NCBI GenBank assembly: GCA_041497675.1
Contig: JBGQGY010000063.1
Coordinates: 1 to 21,120, forward strand
Direction of reading: 5' to 3'
From: a bacterium
Lineage (GTDB): Bacteria; Sysuimicrobiota; Sysuimicrobiia; Sysuimicrobiales; Humicultoraceae
Length of the DNA stretch: 21,120 bases
Made by a program: the position numbers and the translations under genes
Notes under the pieces: model-generated
Told to the model about the DNA's origin: nothing
Database searches by the model: none
The model's input: the letters and a program-made list of their open reading frames with translations, nothing else
Part shown: piece after piece, positions 7,133 through 16,408 of the stretch
How the letters are laid out: each line of letters starts with the position of its first letter
Position numbering within the stretch: position 1 is the stretch's first letter

Positions 7133-7762
7133 CTACCGGGAGTAGTACTCGACGATGAGCTGTTCCTGCACGGGCACGTCGATCTCTTCGCGTCCCGGCA
7201 GGGCCAGCACCCGCGCGGCCATGCGCGCGGGATCGAACTCGATCCACGACGGCGGCCGGCGCCCTGCAGCCGCCGCCTCGGCCAGTTCCTTCATCCGGGG
7301 ATGCAGGTGCTGCGGATGTGCCGCAGTCACCGTCTGTCCCGGTTTCACCTGGTAGGACGGGACCCCGACACGCTTGCCGTCGATCGCCAGGTGCCCGTGG
7401 GCGACCATCTGTCGCGCTTCCTTGCGCGACGACGCCAGGCCCAATCGATAGATGATGTTGTCGAGCCGCATCTCCAGGAGTTGCAGGAGCCGCGTGCCGG
7501 TGACGCCTTTCGACCCCTTTGCCCGCTGGAAGTACGTCTTGAACTGCGTCTCGTGCAGGCCGTAGATGCGGCGCAGTTTCTGCTTCTCACGCAGCCGCAC
7601 GCCGAACTCGCTCAGCTTCCGGCGTGAGACCCCGTGCATGCCCGGGGGTTGAGGACTCTTGTGCACCGGGCACTTCTCCGTATAGCACTTCTCGCCCTTG
7701 AGATAGAGCTTCATGCCCTCACGCCGGCAGAGCCGGCAAACCGCATCCGTATACCGCCCCAT
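7133..7762 (-). CDS. rpsD: 30S ribosomal protein uS4 (Cys4 zinc-binding type)
   Basis: CRLCRREGMKLYLKGEKCYTEKC, LREKQKLR, LEMRLDN, EQLIVEYYSR. Confidence 0.99.
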   Translation of the reverse strand: MGRYTDAVCRLCRREGMKLYLKGEKCYTEKCPVHKSPQPPGMHGVSRRKLSEFGVRLREKQKLRRIYGLHETQFKTYFQRAKGSKGVTGTRLLQLLEMRLDNIIYRLGLASSRKEARQMVAHGHLAIDGKRVGVPSYQVKPGQTVTAAHPQHLHPRMKELAEAAAAGRRPPSWIEFDPARMAARVLALPGREEIDVPVQEQLIVEYYSR

Positions 7763-7780
7763 CCGTTCCTCCTCCGTGCG

Positions 7781-8170
7781 TTACACGCGGCGCCGCTTTG
7801 GCGGCCGGCATCCGTTGTGCGGGACCGGGGTGACGTCCTTGATCAGACTCACCTCGAGCCCCGCCGCCTGCAGCGACCGAATGGCCGCCTCGCGCCCCGC
7901 GCCTGGGCCCCGCACCAGGACTTCGACCTGGCGCAGGCCGTGCTCCATGGCCCTGCGAGCGGCGGTTTCGGCCGCGACGCTCGCCGCAAAAGGCGTTCCC
8001 TTGCGCGACCCCTTGAACCCGACGGTCCCGGCGCTCGCCCAGGCGATGATGTTCCCCCTCGGATCGCTGATCGAGACCATCGTGTTGTTGAAACTGGAGC
8101 GGATGTGGGCCGTGCCCACCGGGATGCTCTTCCGCTCGCGCTTGCGTGCTCTGGATGGTTTGTCCGCCAT
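7781..8170 (-). CDS. rpsK: 30S ribosomal protein uS11
   Basis: [37 protein letters not shown]. Confidence 0.99.
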   Translation of the reverse strand: MADKPSRARKRERKSIPVGTAHIRSSFNNTMVSISDPRGNIIAWASAGTVGFKGSRKGTPFAASVAAETAARRAMEHGLRQVEVLVRGPGAGREAAIRSLQAAGLEVSLIKDVTPVPHNGCRPPKRRRV

Positions 8171-8183
8171 GCTCCGCTCCTCG

Positions 8184-8633
8184 TCAGGACGCCGGCTTGG
8201 GCGCAGGGGCAGCCGCAGCCGGTCTGGCCGCCGGGGCCGGCGATGCCGCCGCGGGACTGGCCGCGACCCTTCGCTTCACGCCCACGGTCTTTTTCGGCCC
8301 CTTGCGCGTACGCGCGTTGGTTCGGGTACGCTGACCGCGCAGGGGCAGGCTCTTCTTGTGCCTGATCCCACGATACGATCCGATCTCGACCAGTCGCCGG
8401 ATATCCATGGCGACGTCGCGCCGCAGATCGCCCTCGACCTTGTAGTTGCGCTCGATGTAATCGCGCAACCGGCTCACTTCATCCTCAGCCAGGGCGCGTA
8501 CCCGCGTGTCCGGCTTCACACCGGTCGCGGCCAAGATCTTCCGCGCACCGCTCGGCCCGATCCCGTAGATATACGGGAGCGCGGCTTCGACGCGTTTGTC
8601 GCGCGGTAGATCCACTCCAGCGATGCGTGCCAT
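8184..8633 (-). CDS. rpsM: 30S ribosomal protein uS13 with Ala/Pro-rich C-terminal tail
   Basis: [39 protein letters not shown]. Confidence 0.99.
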   Translation of the reverse strand: MARIAGVDLPRDKRVEAALPYIYGIGPSGARKILAATGVKPDTRVRALAEDEVSRLRDYIERNYKVEGDLRRDVAMDIRRLVEIGSYRGIRHKKSLPLRGQRTRTNARTRKGPKKTVGVKRRVAASPAAASPAPAARPAAAAPAPKPAS

Positions 8634-8643
8634 CCGGATCCCC

Positions 8644-8757
8644 CTATCCCTGCTTCTGTTTGTGCTTCGGGTTCTCGCAAATCACGAGCACCCGCCGCCC
8701 GCGCTTAATGATCTTGCACTTCTCGCACATCCGTCGTACCGACGCACGTACTTTCAC
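8644..8757 (-). CDS. rpmJ: 50S ribosomal protein bL36 (zinc-ribbon type), 37 aa
   Basis: Hand-translated, too short for the ORF track: GTG start, [37 protein letters not shown]. Confidence 0.98.
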   Translation of the reverse strand: MKVRASVRRMCEKCKIIKRGRRVLVICENPKHKQKQG

Positions 8758-8780
8758 GACGCCTGGCTCCTCTCCATGAG

Positions 8781-8999
8781 CTAACGATAGCGGTAGGTGA
8801 TGCGGCCCCGGGTGGGGTCGTATGGCGACAGTTCAACCTTCACACGGTCCCCCGGCAGGATCCTGATGAAGTGGATGCGCATCTTTCCTGAGATGTGCGC
8901 CAGGACTTTGTGCCCCGAGGCCAACGTCACCCGAAACATCGCGTTGGGGAGGACCTCAGCGATCGTCCCTTCCACCTCTATAGCATCCTGCTTGGTCAT
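8781..8999 (-). CDS. infA: Translation initiation factor IF-1
   Basis: [38 protein letters not shown]. Confidence 0.99.
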   Translation of the reverse strand: MTKQDAIEVEGTIAEVLPNAMFRVTLASGHKVLAHISGKMRIHFIRILPGDRVKVELSPYDPTRGRITYRYR

Positions 9000-9286
9000 C
9001 CGCCCTCCTGAAACCCGGCCAGTGCCTCGCGCAGCTCTTCGTCACTGACCGAGCCGCCCTCGCGCAGACGGGAGCTAATCGCCCCCGCCGGCCCGTGCAC
9101 CGTCAGGTGTTTGACATTCTTCTTCTTCGGCCGCGCACCGCCCCGGCGCTGCCCGTTGGCCACCAGGACCATGTCCCGCTCGGCGGCTGCGACCACGACG
9201 TAGCGGTCCCCGGCGTCACGCCCGGCCCTGGACGTCACCACCATACCGACCAGTTCCGCCGGCAGGACACGCGGAGCCTCATCCAC
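8996..9286 (-). CDS. KOW-domain RNA-binding protein (eL14-like)
   Basis: [24 protein letters not shown]....PKKKNVKHL; map-infA position as in many Bacillota. Confidence 0.85.
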   Translation of the reverse strand: MDEAPRVLPAELVGMVVTSRAGRDAGDRYVVVAAAERDMVLVANGQRRGGARPKKKNVKHLTVHGPAGAISSRLREGGSVSDEELREALAGFQEGG

Positions 9287-10076
9287 GGCTCTTCAGTATA
9301 TGATCCCCGACCCCGTCGAGTCCAGTAAGGATCTGCGGCCCGTCCGGAGTCACGGCAACAGTGTGCTCGGCGTGGGCCGACACCGACCGGTCGCGCGTCC
9401 GCACAGTCCAGCCGTCGCCGGCGATGTACACGTCGGCCGAACCCATGTTCACCATAGGCTCGATCGCCAGGGTCATACCGGGCGTCAGACGTGCTCCGGT
9501 GTGGCGCCGGCCGAGGTTGGGCACCTGGGGCTCCTCGTGGAGCGCCCGGCCGATCCCGTGTCCCGCGAAATCCCTCACGCAGGAAAACCCCGCGGGCTCC
9601 ACGACCGATTGGATGGCCCACCCCACGTCGCCCAGCGTGGCCCCCGCTGTGGCCTGGGCGATCCCGGCGGCGAGCGCGCGCCCCGTCACGTCCAGCAGCG
9701 CACGCACCCGCGCCGTCACGTCGCCGACCGGCACCGTTTCGGCTACGTCGACGTGAAAGCCGTGCAGGTAGACGCCCAGATCGAGCGACACAATCTCACC
9801 GGGCACGAGCACGCGGGGCCCCGGGATCCCGTGCACGACCTCGTCATCGATCGACGTGCAGATGCTCGCCGGATACCCACGATAGTTCTTGAACGACGGC
9901 ACCGCGCCGTGATCGCGGATGAACGCTTCCGCCACCCGGTCCAGCTCGCCGGTCGTGATCCCGGGAGCCACGGCCTTTGCGATCTCGCGCATCGTCAGCG
10001 CCGCCACGCGGCCGGCTGCGCGCATCTGCTCGAGATCCGCGGTCGACTTCAGCGCGACCGTATCCGTCGGCTTCAT
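9279..10076 (-). CDS. map: Type I methionine aminopeptidase
   Basis: SICTSIDDEVVHGIP, SLDLG..GFHVD, GHGIGRALHEEP, AIEPM, SAHAEHT. Confidence 0.98.
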   Translation of the reverse strand: MKPTDTVALKSTADLEQMRAAGRVAALTMREIAKAVAPGITTGELDRVAEAFIRDHGAVPSFKNYRGYPASICTSIDDEVVHGIPGPRVLVPGEIVSLDLGVYLHGFHVDVAETVPVGDVTARVRALLDVTGRALAAGIAQATAGATLGDVGWAIQSVVEPAGFSCVRDFAGHGIGRALHEEPQVPNLGRRHTGARLTPGMTLAIEPMVNMGSADVYIAGDGWTVRTRDRSVSAHAEHTVAVTPDGPQILTGLDGVGDHILKSRG

Positions 10077-10729
10077 CGACGCACCTGCGGCGCGATCATC
10101 GTCATCAGCGACCGGTAGATATCCTCGACATCGGCTTCAGCGTTCAGCACGGAGAGGAGTCCCCGCTCGCGATAGAAGGCGAGCAGCGGCTCGGTCTTGT
10201 CGTGATAGACCTGGAGGCGCCGGCGAATCTTGTCCGGCCGGTCGTCCTCACGATGGTACACTTCGCTGCCGTCCATGTCGCAGACGCCCGGTGTCTTGGG
10301 CGGGCTGGAGTCCTCGTTGTAGATGTGGCCCGCGGCCCGGCAGACCATCCGGCCCGACAGCCGCCGGACCAGTGTCCCTTCGGACACCTCGAAGTAGATC
10401 AGCCGGTCCAGCTTGCGGTTCAACCCCGCCAGCACGGCTTCCAGCGCCTCGGCCTGTGCGATCGTGCGCGGGAAGCCGTCCAGCACGAACCCCGACTGGA
10501 CGTCCGGCTGCTGCAATCGCTCGGCAATGATCCCGATCATCACGGCGTCGGGCACCAGATCGCCGGCGCTCACGTAGCGCTCGGCTTCCTTGTCCAGGTC
10601 GCTGCCCGCGGCGATCGCGGCGCGCAGCATGTCGCCGGTCGAGATCTGGGGGATGCCTTGCCGTTGCTGCAACAGGCGCGCCTGGGTACCTTTGCCCGCC
10701 CCGTTGGGCCCGAGAAATATCAGGTTCAC
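10073..10729 (-). CDS. adk: Adenylate kinase (long LID type), 218 aa
   Basis: GTG at 10729 overlaps the secY TGA (GTGA). LGPNGAGKGTQA, ISTGDMLR, FVLDGFPRT, REDD. The track ORF is over-extended upstream. Confidence 0.97.
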   Translation of the reverse strand: MNLIFLGPNGAGKGTQARLLQQRQGIPQISTGDMLRAAIAAGSDLDKEAERYVSAGDLVPDAVMIGIIAERLQQPDVQSGFVLDGFPRTIAQAEALEAVLAGLNRKLDRLIYFEVSEGTLVRRLSGRMVCRAAGHIYNEDSSPPKTPGVCDMDGSEVYHREDDRPDKIRRRLQVYHDKTEPLLAFYRERGLLSVLNAEADVEDIYRSLMTMIAPQVRR

Positions 10730-12000
10730 TTCATGAACCCTTCGTAGTGACGCATCAACACATAGGCCTCGAGCTGCTTCATCGTTTCGAGGGCCACGCC
10801 CACGACGATCAGCAGGGACGTGCCGGCCAGGTAGAAGGTCAGGACACCGGTTTCTCGGGCCAGGTAGCGGGGCGCCAGCGCGATCGCGGCCAGCGACAGC
10901 GCGCCAACCAGGGTCAGCCGCTCGGTGACCCGCGCCAGGTAGTCGCTGGTCGGCCTGCCGGGGCGGATGCCGGGGATGAATCCACCGTACTTCTTGATGT
11001 TGTCGGACACGTCGTTGGGGTCGAACGACACCGCCGTGTAGAAGTACGTGAACACGATGATCAGGACAAAGTACAGCAGGTCGCCCAGCGGCCGGCCCGG
11101 GAGGACCTCCTGCCCCCACTTTTGCAGCGGCGCCCAGCCGGAGAACTGAGCGATCGTCCCCGGAAACTGCAGGACGGAAATCGCAAAGATGATCGGGATC
11201 ACGCCGGCCTGAATCAACCGCATGGGCAGGTGCGTCGACTGCCCGCCGTAGACCCGGCGCCCCACCACGCGCTTCGCGTATTGCACCGGAATCTTGCGCA
11301 CCGCCTGCGTGATGACGACGACGGCGACGATGCTCCCCAGGATAACGACGATATCCAGTAAGAACTGCCAGATGGCGACCTCACCGGCCTGGACCAGCCG
11401 CAGCGTCTGCCCGATTTGCGGGATGAGCCGGGCGACGATGCCGCCGAAGATGATCAGCGACACACCGTTCCCCACACCGTATTCGGTCATGATCTCGCCC
11501 ATCCACATCAACAGCATCGTGCCGGCGACGAGCGTCACGACGATGCTGGCAAGCACGAGCGGCCGCTCATCGGGCACCGCGCCCTGGCTGCGAATCAGGA
11601 AGAGCTGACCCCACGCCTGCAGCAGCGCCAGGACCACGGTGAGATACCGCGTGTACATCCCGATCCGCCGCCGGCCGGCCTCGCCCTCTTCCGTGGCCAT
11701 CTCCTTCAGCCGCGGGAACACCACCTGCAACAGGCTGAAAATGATTGACGCGGTGATATATGGGAAGACGGTCAGCGCGAAGATGGCGAAGTTTGACAGC
11801 GCGCCACCCGCGAACAGGTCGAGAAAGTTGAACAGGCTGCCTTGTTGCTTGAAGAGCCGCTCGAGGGCCGCGGCGTTCACCCCCGGTACCGGCAGGTGCG
11901 CGCCCAACCGGTACAGCGCCAGCATCATCGCCGTAAAGAGCAGGCGCCGGCGCAGATCGGGGATCCGCAGCGGGTTGGACAGCTGGCGGACTTGCATCAT
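10726..12000 (-). CDS. secY: Preprotein translocase subunit SecY
   Basis: DLFAGGALSNFAIFAL..FPYITASII, GVGNGVSLIIF, AGVIPIIFA, GGFIPGIRPG, GTSLLIVVGV. Confidence 0.99.
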   Translation of the reverse strand: MMQVRQLSNPLRIPDLRRRLLFTAMMLALYRLGAHLPVPGVNAAALERLFKQQGSLFNFLDLFAGGALSNFAIFALTVFPYITASIIFSLLQVVFPRLKEMATEEGEAGRRRIGMYTRYLTVVLALLQAWGQLFLIRSQGAVPDERPLVLASIVVTLVAGTMLLMWMGEIMTEYGVGNGVSLIIFGGIVARLIPQIGQTLRLVQAGEVAIWQFLLDIVVILGSIVAVVVITQAVRKIPVQYAKRVVGRRVYGGQSTHLPMRLIQAGVIPIIFAISVLQFPGTIAQFSGWAPLQKWGQEVLPGRPLGDLLYFVLIIVFTYFYTAVSFDPNDVSDNIKKYGGFIPGIRPGRPTSDYLARVTERLTLVGALSLAAIALAPRYLARETGVLTFYLAGTSLLIVVGVALETMKQLEAYVLMRHYEGFMK

Positions 12001-12479
12001 CGAGAGAGCACCTCGGCGCGTCCACCGGCGGCTTCAATCGCGGTCTTCGCGCCGGCGGTAAAGGCGTGGACCCGGACCGTCAGACCGTGCTCCAGCCGAC
12101 CGGTGGCCAGCACCTTGATCTTGCCGGATCCCACCAGCCCGGCGCCACGCAATGTCGCGGGCGTGACTTCGCTGCCGGCCGGAAACCGGTTCAGATCGAC
12201 GAGCCGCACTTCCTGGATGGGCGGCTTTGGCTTGCCGCCGTTCATGTTGCTTCCGGCGCCGCGCACGCCGCGACGATAAGGCAGCCGCTTGACGAGTCTG
12301 GTCTGGCCACCCTCGAACCCAGGGATCATGCGGATCCCGGTCCGGGCCTTCTGGCCCTTGCGCCCCTTCCCCGCGTAGACGCCGCGGCCGGAACCGAGCC
12401 CGCGGCCGATGCGCCTGCGACGTGGATGGGCGCCCTCGGCGGGCCTCAGATTGCTCGTAGACAACCCGGTCTTGCCCAC
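11997..12479 (-). CDS. rplO: 50S ribosomal protein uL15
   Basis: GRGLGSGRG, KGQKAR, GFEGGQT, KVLATG, AIEAAGG. Start set at GTG 12479, 1 nt after the rpsE stop, with GGAGG inside the rpsE end. Confidence 0.96.
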   Translation of the reverse strand: MGKTGLSTSNLRPAEGAHPRRRRIGRGLGSGRGVYAGKGRKGQKARTGIRMIPGFEGGQTRLVKRLPYRRGVRGAGSNMNGGKPKPPIQEVRLVDLNRFPAGSEVTPATLRGAGLVGSGKIKVLATGRLEHGLTVRVHAFTAGAKTAIEAAGGRAEVLSR

Positions 12480-12480
12480 C

Positions 12481-12993
12481 TTACGCCTTCCTCCCGGCCA
12501 ACTCCACCGGCCGGCCACGGGTCTTGGCGACCTCTTCGGGCAGCCGAAGCTGGTCAAACCCGTCGAGCGTCGCGCGGGCCACGTTGATCGGGTTCGTGGA
12601 CCCCAGCGCCTTGGTCAGGATGTCTTTGATGCCCGCCGCTTCCAGCACGGCCCGCACTGCGCCTCCTGCGATGACACCGGTCCCCTGGGACGCCGGGCGC
12701 AGCATCACTCTGGCGGCTCCGAACCGACCGATCACTTCGTGCGGGATCGTTGTCCCGACGCGCCGGACGGCCATGAGGACCTTCTTCGCGTCCTCGACGC
12801 CCTTCCGGATCGCGTCCGGCACCTCGGCGGCCTTGCCCAGACCGACACCGACATGCCCGTTCTCATCGCCGACGACGACCAGGGCGCTGAAGTTGAATCG
12901 CTTGGCGCCTTTGGTCACCTTCGCGACGCGGTTGATGAAGACCGCCTTCTCGACGGTCAGGTTGATTGTCGACGGATCGATACGCTGCGGCAC
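12481..12993 (-). CDS. rpsE: 30S ribosomal protein uS5
   Basis: [45 protein letters not shown]. Confidence 0.99.
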   Translation of the reverse strand: MPQRIDPSTINLTVEKAVFINRVAKVTKGAKRFNFSALVVVGDENGHVGVGLGKAAEVPDAIRKGVEDAKKVLMAVRRVGTTIPHEVIGRFGAARVMLRPASQGTGVIAGGAVRAVLEAAGIKDILTKALGSTNPINVARATLDGFDQLRLPEEVAKTRGRPVELAGRKA

Positions 12994-13013
12994 GCTACTC
13001 CCCCTGACGAAGT

Positions 13014-13047
13014 GTCTCCCTTCGAGACGGGTCTCCTCGTGGAGACC
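13014..13047 (-). other. Tandem inverted repeats (two hairpins) in the rplR-rpsE spacer
   Basis: mRNA sense GGTCTCC-ACGA-GGAGACC (13047-13030), then GTCTC-GAAGG-GAGAC (13028-13014). No U-tract. Confidence 0.55.
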
Positions 13048-13415
13048 TAGAACTGCAGTCCGGCCTTGCGCGCGCTCTCGGCCAGCGCGCGCACGCGGCC
13101 GTGGTACAGATAGCCACCGCGGTCAAACACGACGGCGGAGATGCCCTTGACCTTCGCCCGCTGGGCCAAGATCGCGCCCACAGTCGCGGCCGCCTCACCC
13201 TTCTTCTTGCCGGCGACCTGTGATCGGATCTCGGGATCCAGCGTCGAGGCCGCGACCAGCGTCGTGCCGGTCGTATCATCGATCACCTGGGCGTAGATCT
13301 GCTTCAGACTCCGGAAGACAGACAGCCGCGGCCGAGCCGGCGCGCCGGCGAGCCCGCGCCGCGCGCGGGCGTGCCGCCGCTGGCGTATGGCGTTGCGATC
13401 AGGGTGCGTGTGCAT
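13047..13415 (-). CDS. rplR: 50S ribosomal protein uL18
   Basis: [31 protein letters not shown]. Confidence 0.99.
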   Translation of the reverse strand: MHTHPDRNAIRQRRHARARRGLAGAPARPRLSVFRSLKQIYAQVIDDTTGTTLVAASTLDPEIRSQVAGKKKGEAAATVGAILAQRAKVKGISAVVFDRGGYLYHGRVRALAESARKAGLQF

Positions 13416-13430
13416 CGGTGTCCCCCTGCG

Positions 13431-13982
13431 CTAGGTCTTGCCGACGGCCCGGCCGGCCTTCCCGGCCTTCAGCCGCAGGCGCTCACCGGCGTACCGGATA
13501 CCCTTGCCCTTGTAGGGGTCTGGAGGCCGGATCGCGCGCACTGTGGCGGCCGTCTGCCCGACCTTTTCCTTGTCCATTCCGCTGATGACGATGCGGGTGG
13601 GCTGCGGGGCCTCGATCTCGACGCCTGCCGGGGCCGCGAGCTCGACCGGGTGAGAAAAACCGACCTGCAGCACAATCTGTTTGCCCTGCTTTACCGCCCG
13701 ATAGCCCACACCGTGGATCTCCATCTCGATCCGGTAGCCGTCCACCACGCCTTTGACCATGTTCGCAAGCAGCGCCCGGGTCAGCCCGTGCAGCGCCCGG
13801 TGATGGCGCAGATCGCTTGGGCGCGTGACGGTCAGGCGCCCGTCGGCGACGGCCACCCGCATCTCCGGGTGGACGTCGCGAGTCAGCTGTCCCTTGGGGC
13901 CTTTGACCTGAACGGTCCGGCCGTCCACCTTGACGTCTACTCCTGTGGGCAGCATGACGGGCAGGCGCCCGATGCGCGACAT
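13431..13982 (-). CDS. rplF: 50S ribosomal protein uL6
   Basis: MSRIGRLP, VKGPKG, GVGYRA, PPDPYKGKGIRY. Confidence 0.99.
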   Translation of the reverse strand: MSRIGRLPVMLPTGVDVKVDGRTVQVKGPKGQLTRDVHPEMRVAVADGRLTVTRPSDLRHHRALHGLTRALLANMVKGVVDGYRIEMEIHGVGYRAVKQGKQIVLQVGFSHPVELAAPAGVEIEAPQPTRIVISGMDKEKVGQTAATVRAIRPPDPYKGKGIRYAGERLRLKAGKAGRAVGKT

Positions 13983-14007
13983 CGCTCAGTCCCTCCCGAC
14001 CGCAGCG

Positions 14008-14418
14008 CTACCAGACATAACAGATGACTTCGCCCCCGATGCGGACCTTGCGGGCGTCTTTGTCGGTTAAGATCCCCCTCGACGTGGACAGGATCGCGAC
14101 ACCCAACCCGCGCCGCACGTGGGGGACCTCGGTCCGCTTCGCGTAGATGCGCAGACCCGGCCGGCTGACGCGGCGCACACCCGTCAGGATGTGTGTGCGT
14201 TTCGGCCCATAGCGCAGCTGAAGCCGCAACTGCGGCTGGGGCTGGGGCGGCTTGTCCATGACCTGGTAATCCGCGATGAACCCTTCGGCCTTCAGGATCT
14301 TCGCAATCTCGACCTTCATCCGGCTCGTCGGGATCAGCACGTGATCATGCTTCGCGGAGTTCGCGTTGCGCAGCCGCGTCAGCATGTCGGCAATCGAGTC
14401 GGTGATCACTCCACCCAC
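14008..14418 (-). CDS. rpsH: 30S ribosomal protein uS8
   Basis: TDSIADMLTRLRNA, RVSRPGLRIY, GLGVAILSTSRG, GGEVICYVW. Confidence 0.99.
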   Translation of the reverse strand: MGGVITDSIADMLTRLRNANSAKHDHVLIPTSRMKVEIAKILKAEGFIADYQVMDKPPQPQPQLRLQLRYGPKRTHILTGVRRVSRPGLRIYAKRTEVPHVRRGLGVAILSTSRGILTDKDARKVRIGGEVICYVW

Positions 14419-14430
14419 AGCGCTCTCCTC

Positions 14431-14616
14431 CTACCAGCTCGCCTTGACCATCCCTGGAATCTCGCCACGGTATGCCAGCTGCCGCAAGCAGATGCGGCAC
14501 AGTCCCAGCATGCGGAATACCGCACGCGGACGTCCGCACCGTCGGCACCGCGTGTATTTGCGCACCGGGAACTTTGGAGTGCGCTTCCACTTTTCGAGTA
14601 TCGACTTCTTGGGCAC
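14431..14616 (-). CDS. rpsN: 30S ribosomal protein uS14, short zinc-binding (type Z) form, 61 aa
   Basis: GTG at 14616 after [32 protein letters not shown]. Confidence 0.98.
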   Translation of the reverse strand: MPKKSILEKWKRTPKFPVRKYTRCRRCGRPRAVFRMLGLCRICLRQLAYRGEIPGMVKASW

Positions 14617-14632
14617 GACCCGACTCCTCTCG

Positions 14633-15193
14633 TTACGTCTGTGCGGCCGCGGCGTCGCGCAAAGGCAATCCCAGTGAGCGCAGCAACGCCCGCGCCTCTT
14701 CATCGGTCCGGGCAGTGGTCACGACCGTGACGTCCATGCCGCGAATCCTGTCGACTTTGTCGTACTCGATTTCCGGAAAGACCAGCTGCTCTTTGATGCC
14801 CAGGTTGAGGTTCCCGCGGCCATCGAAGGCCCTGTCCGAAATCCCTTTGAAGTCCTTGATACGCGGCAGCGCGATGCTGAACAACTTGTCGAGAAACTCG
14901 TACATCCGGATGCCCCGCAGCGTCACCTTGACCCCAACTGGCATCCCTTCTCGCAGTTTGAACGTGGCAATCGACCGCCGGGCCCGCGTGACCACCGGGC
15001 GCTGCCCCGCGATGATCGTGATTTCCTCGACGACCTTGTCCACTGCGCGCGCGTCCTGCACGGCCGTGCTGACCCGCGCATTGATGACGACCTTCTCCAG
15101 ACGCGGGACCTGCATCAGGTTGCGATACTGAAACTGCTCGCGCAGCCGCGGCACGACTTCACTCCGGTAGCGTTCTTTCAACCTGGGAGCCAT
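14633..15193 (-). CDS. rplE: 50S ribosomal protein uL5
   Basis: Start MAPRLKERY at 15193; [35 protein letters not shown]. Confidence 0.98.
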   Translation of the reverse strand: MAPRLKERYRSEVVPRLREQFQYRNLMQVPRLEKVVINARVSTAVQDARAVDKVVEEITIIAGQRPVVTRARRSIATFKLREGMPVGVKVTLRGIRMYEFLDKLFSIALPRIKDFKGISDRAFDGRGNLNLGIKEQLVFPEIEYDKVDRIRGMDVTVVTTARTDEEARALLRSLGLPLRDAAAAQT

Positions 15194-15203
15194 CGTCGGT
15201 CTC

Positions 15204-15548
15204 CTACCCTTCCATCTGCTCGCCGCAATGCTTGCAGTAGCGCACCTTCGTCCCGTCTCCGAGGAAACGGTGTCCCACCCGAGCGGCCTCGCCGCACTTC
15301 GCACAGACGATCATCAGCCGAGCCGCCGGCAGGGGCGAGGCCTTCTCCACGATCCCACCCTGATGCCCCTTGCCCGGATTGGGCTTCGTGTGCCGCTTCA
15401 CGAGATTGACGCCTTCCACAATCGCGCGGGCGTCGTCACGGAGGACCCGCAGCACTTTGCCCCGCTTGCCGCGGAACTTGCCGCCGATGACCTCGACGGT
15501 ATCCCCCTTCTTCACATGCACCCGGGGCCGTACCGTAACCATGTCCAT
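15204..15548 (-). CDS. rplX: 50S ribosomal protein uL24
   Basis: [28 protein letters not shown]. Confidence 0.98.
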   Translation of the reverse strand: MDMVTVRPRVHVKKGDTVEVIGGKFRGKRGKVLRVLRDDARAIVEGVNLVKRHTKPNPGKGHQGGIVEKASPLPAARLMIVCAKCGEAARVGHRFLGDGTKVRYCKHCGEQMEG

Positions 15549-15561
15549 CGTCCTGCCTCCG

Positions 15562-15930
15562 CTACAACACTTCAGGCGCGAGCGAGATAATCTTCATGAA
15601 TTGCCGGTCGCGCAGCTCGCGGGCGACCGGGCCGAAGATGCGCGTCCCCCGGGGATTCTGGGCGTCGGAGAGCAGCACCGCAGCATTGTCATCGAACCGG
15701 ATGTAGGATCCGTCCGGCCGGCGCAGCTCCTTCTTGGTACGAACGACGACTGCCCGGACGACTTCGCCCTTCTTGACCGGACTGTTTGGAATGGCTTGTT
15801 TCACCGTTGCGACGATGATATCGCCGATCGTCGCGTACCGCCGGTGCGACCCGCCCAGCACCCGGATGCACAACAACTCTCGCGCGCCCGTATTGTCGGC
15901 CACCTTCAGCCGGGTCTCCTGTTGGATCAT
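15562..15930 (-). CDS. rplN: 50S ribosomal protein uL14
   Basis: [35 protein letters not shown]. Confidence 0.99.
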   Translation of the reverse strand: MIQQETRLKVADNTGARELLCIRVLGGSHRRYATIGDIIVATVKQAIPNSPVKKGEVVRAVVVRTKKELRRPDGSYIRFDDNAAVLLSDAQNPRGTRIFGPVARELRDRQFMKIISLAPEVL

Positions 15931-15942
15931 GCTGGCATCCTC

Positions 15943-16200
15943 CTACCGCGCGCGCTCAAGGATCTCGACCAGACGCCACCGCTTTTCCTTCGAGAGCGGC
16001 CGGGTCTCCACGACGCGGACCCGATCGCCCACCTTAGCGGCATTCGCCTCATCGTGCGCCTTCAACGCCTTGTCCCGCCGGATCGTCTTCCGATAGAGCG
16101 GGTGGCGCGTCACGATCTCGATCTCGACGACGATGGTCTTGTCCATCTTGTCGCTCGTGACGAGCCCCACCTGGCCCTTCCGCATCCCGCGTTCCGCCAT
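15943..16200 (-). CDS. rpsQ: 30S ribosomal protein uS17
   Basis: ATG at 16200 after [32 protein letters not shown]. Confidence 0.98.
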   Translation of the reverse strand: MAERGMRKGQVGLVTSDKMDKTIVVEIEIVTRHPLYRKTIRRDKALKAHDEANAAKVGDRVRVVETRPLSKEKRWRLVEILERAR

Positions 16201-16219
16201 GCTCTCCTCCGCCCTCGCC

Positions 16220-16408
16220 CTACTCGGTGATGCCCTGATGGCCCAGCACGGTCTTGATGCGCGCGACGTCGCGACGCAGATCCTTGATGCGCGAGGTGTT
16301 GCGTTGCTGCGAGACCTTGATACGCAGCGAGAACAGCTCCCGCTCGGCCTCGTCGAGCTTCTTGCGCAGTTCCGCGGCACCCATCTCCCGCAGCGCGCTG
16401 GCCTTCAT
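16220..16408 (-). CDS. rpmC: 50S ribosomal protein uL29
   Basis: 62 aa; [16 protein letters not shown]; between rplP and rpsQ. Confidence 0.96.
   Translation of the reverse strand: MKASALREMGAAELRKKLDEAERELFSLRIKVSQQRNTSRIKDLRRDVARIKTVLGHQGITE

Noticed and set aside
8996..9286. eL14-like KOW gene as a novel insertion
   Set aside because: It is a known occupant of the map-infA position in many Bacillota-type operons.
10730..11119. Apparent N-terminal extensions of Adk (and likewise uL23, uS3, uL5, uS17, uS14, uL15)
   Set aside because: These come from calling the longest ORF. Downstream starts with SDs or stop-start overlaps give normal-length proteins.
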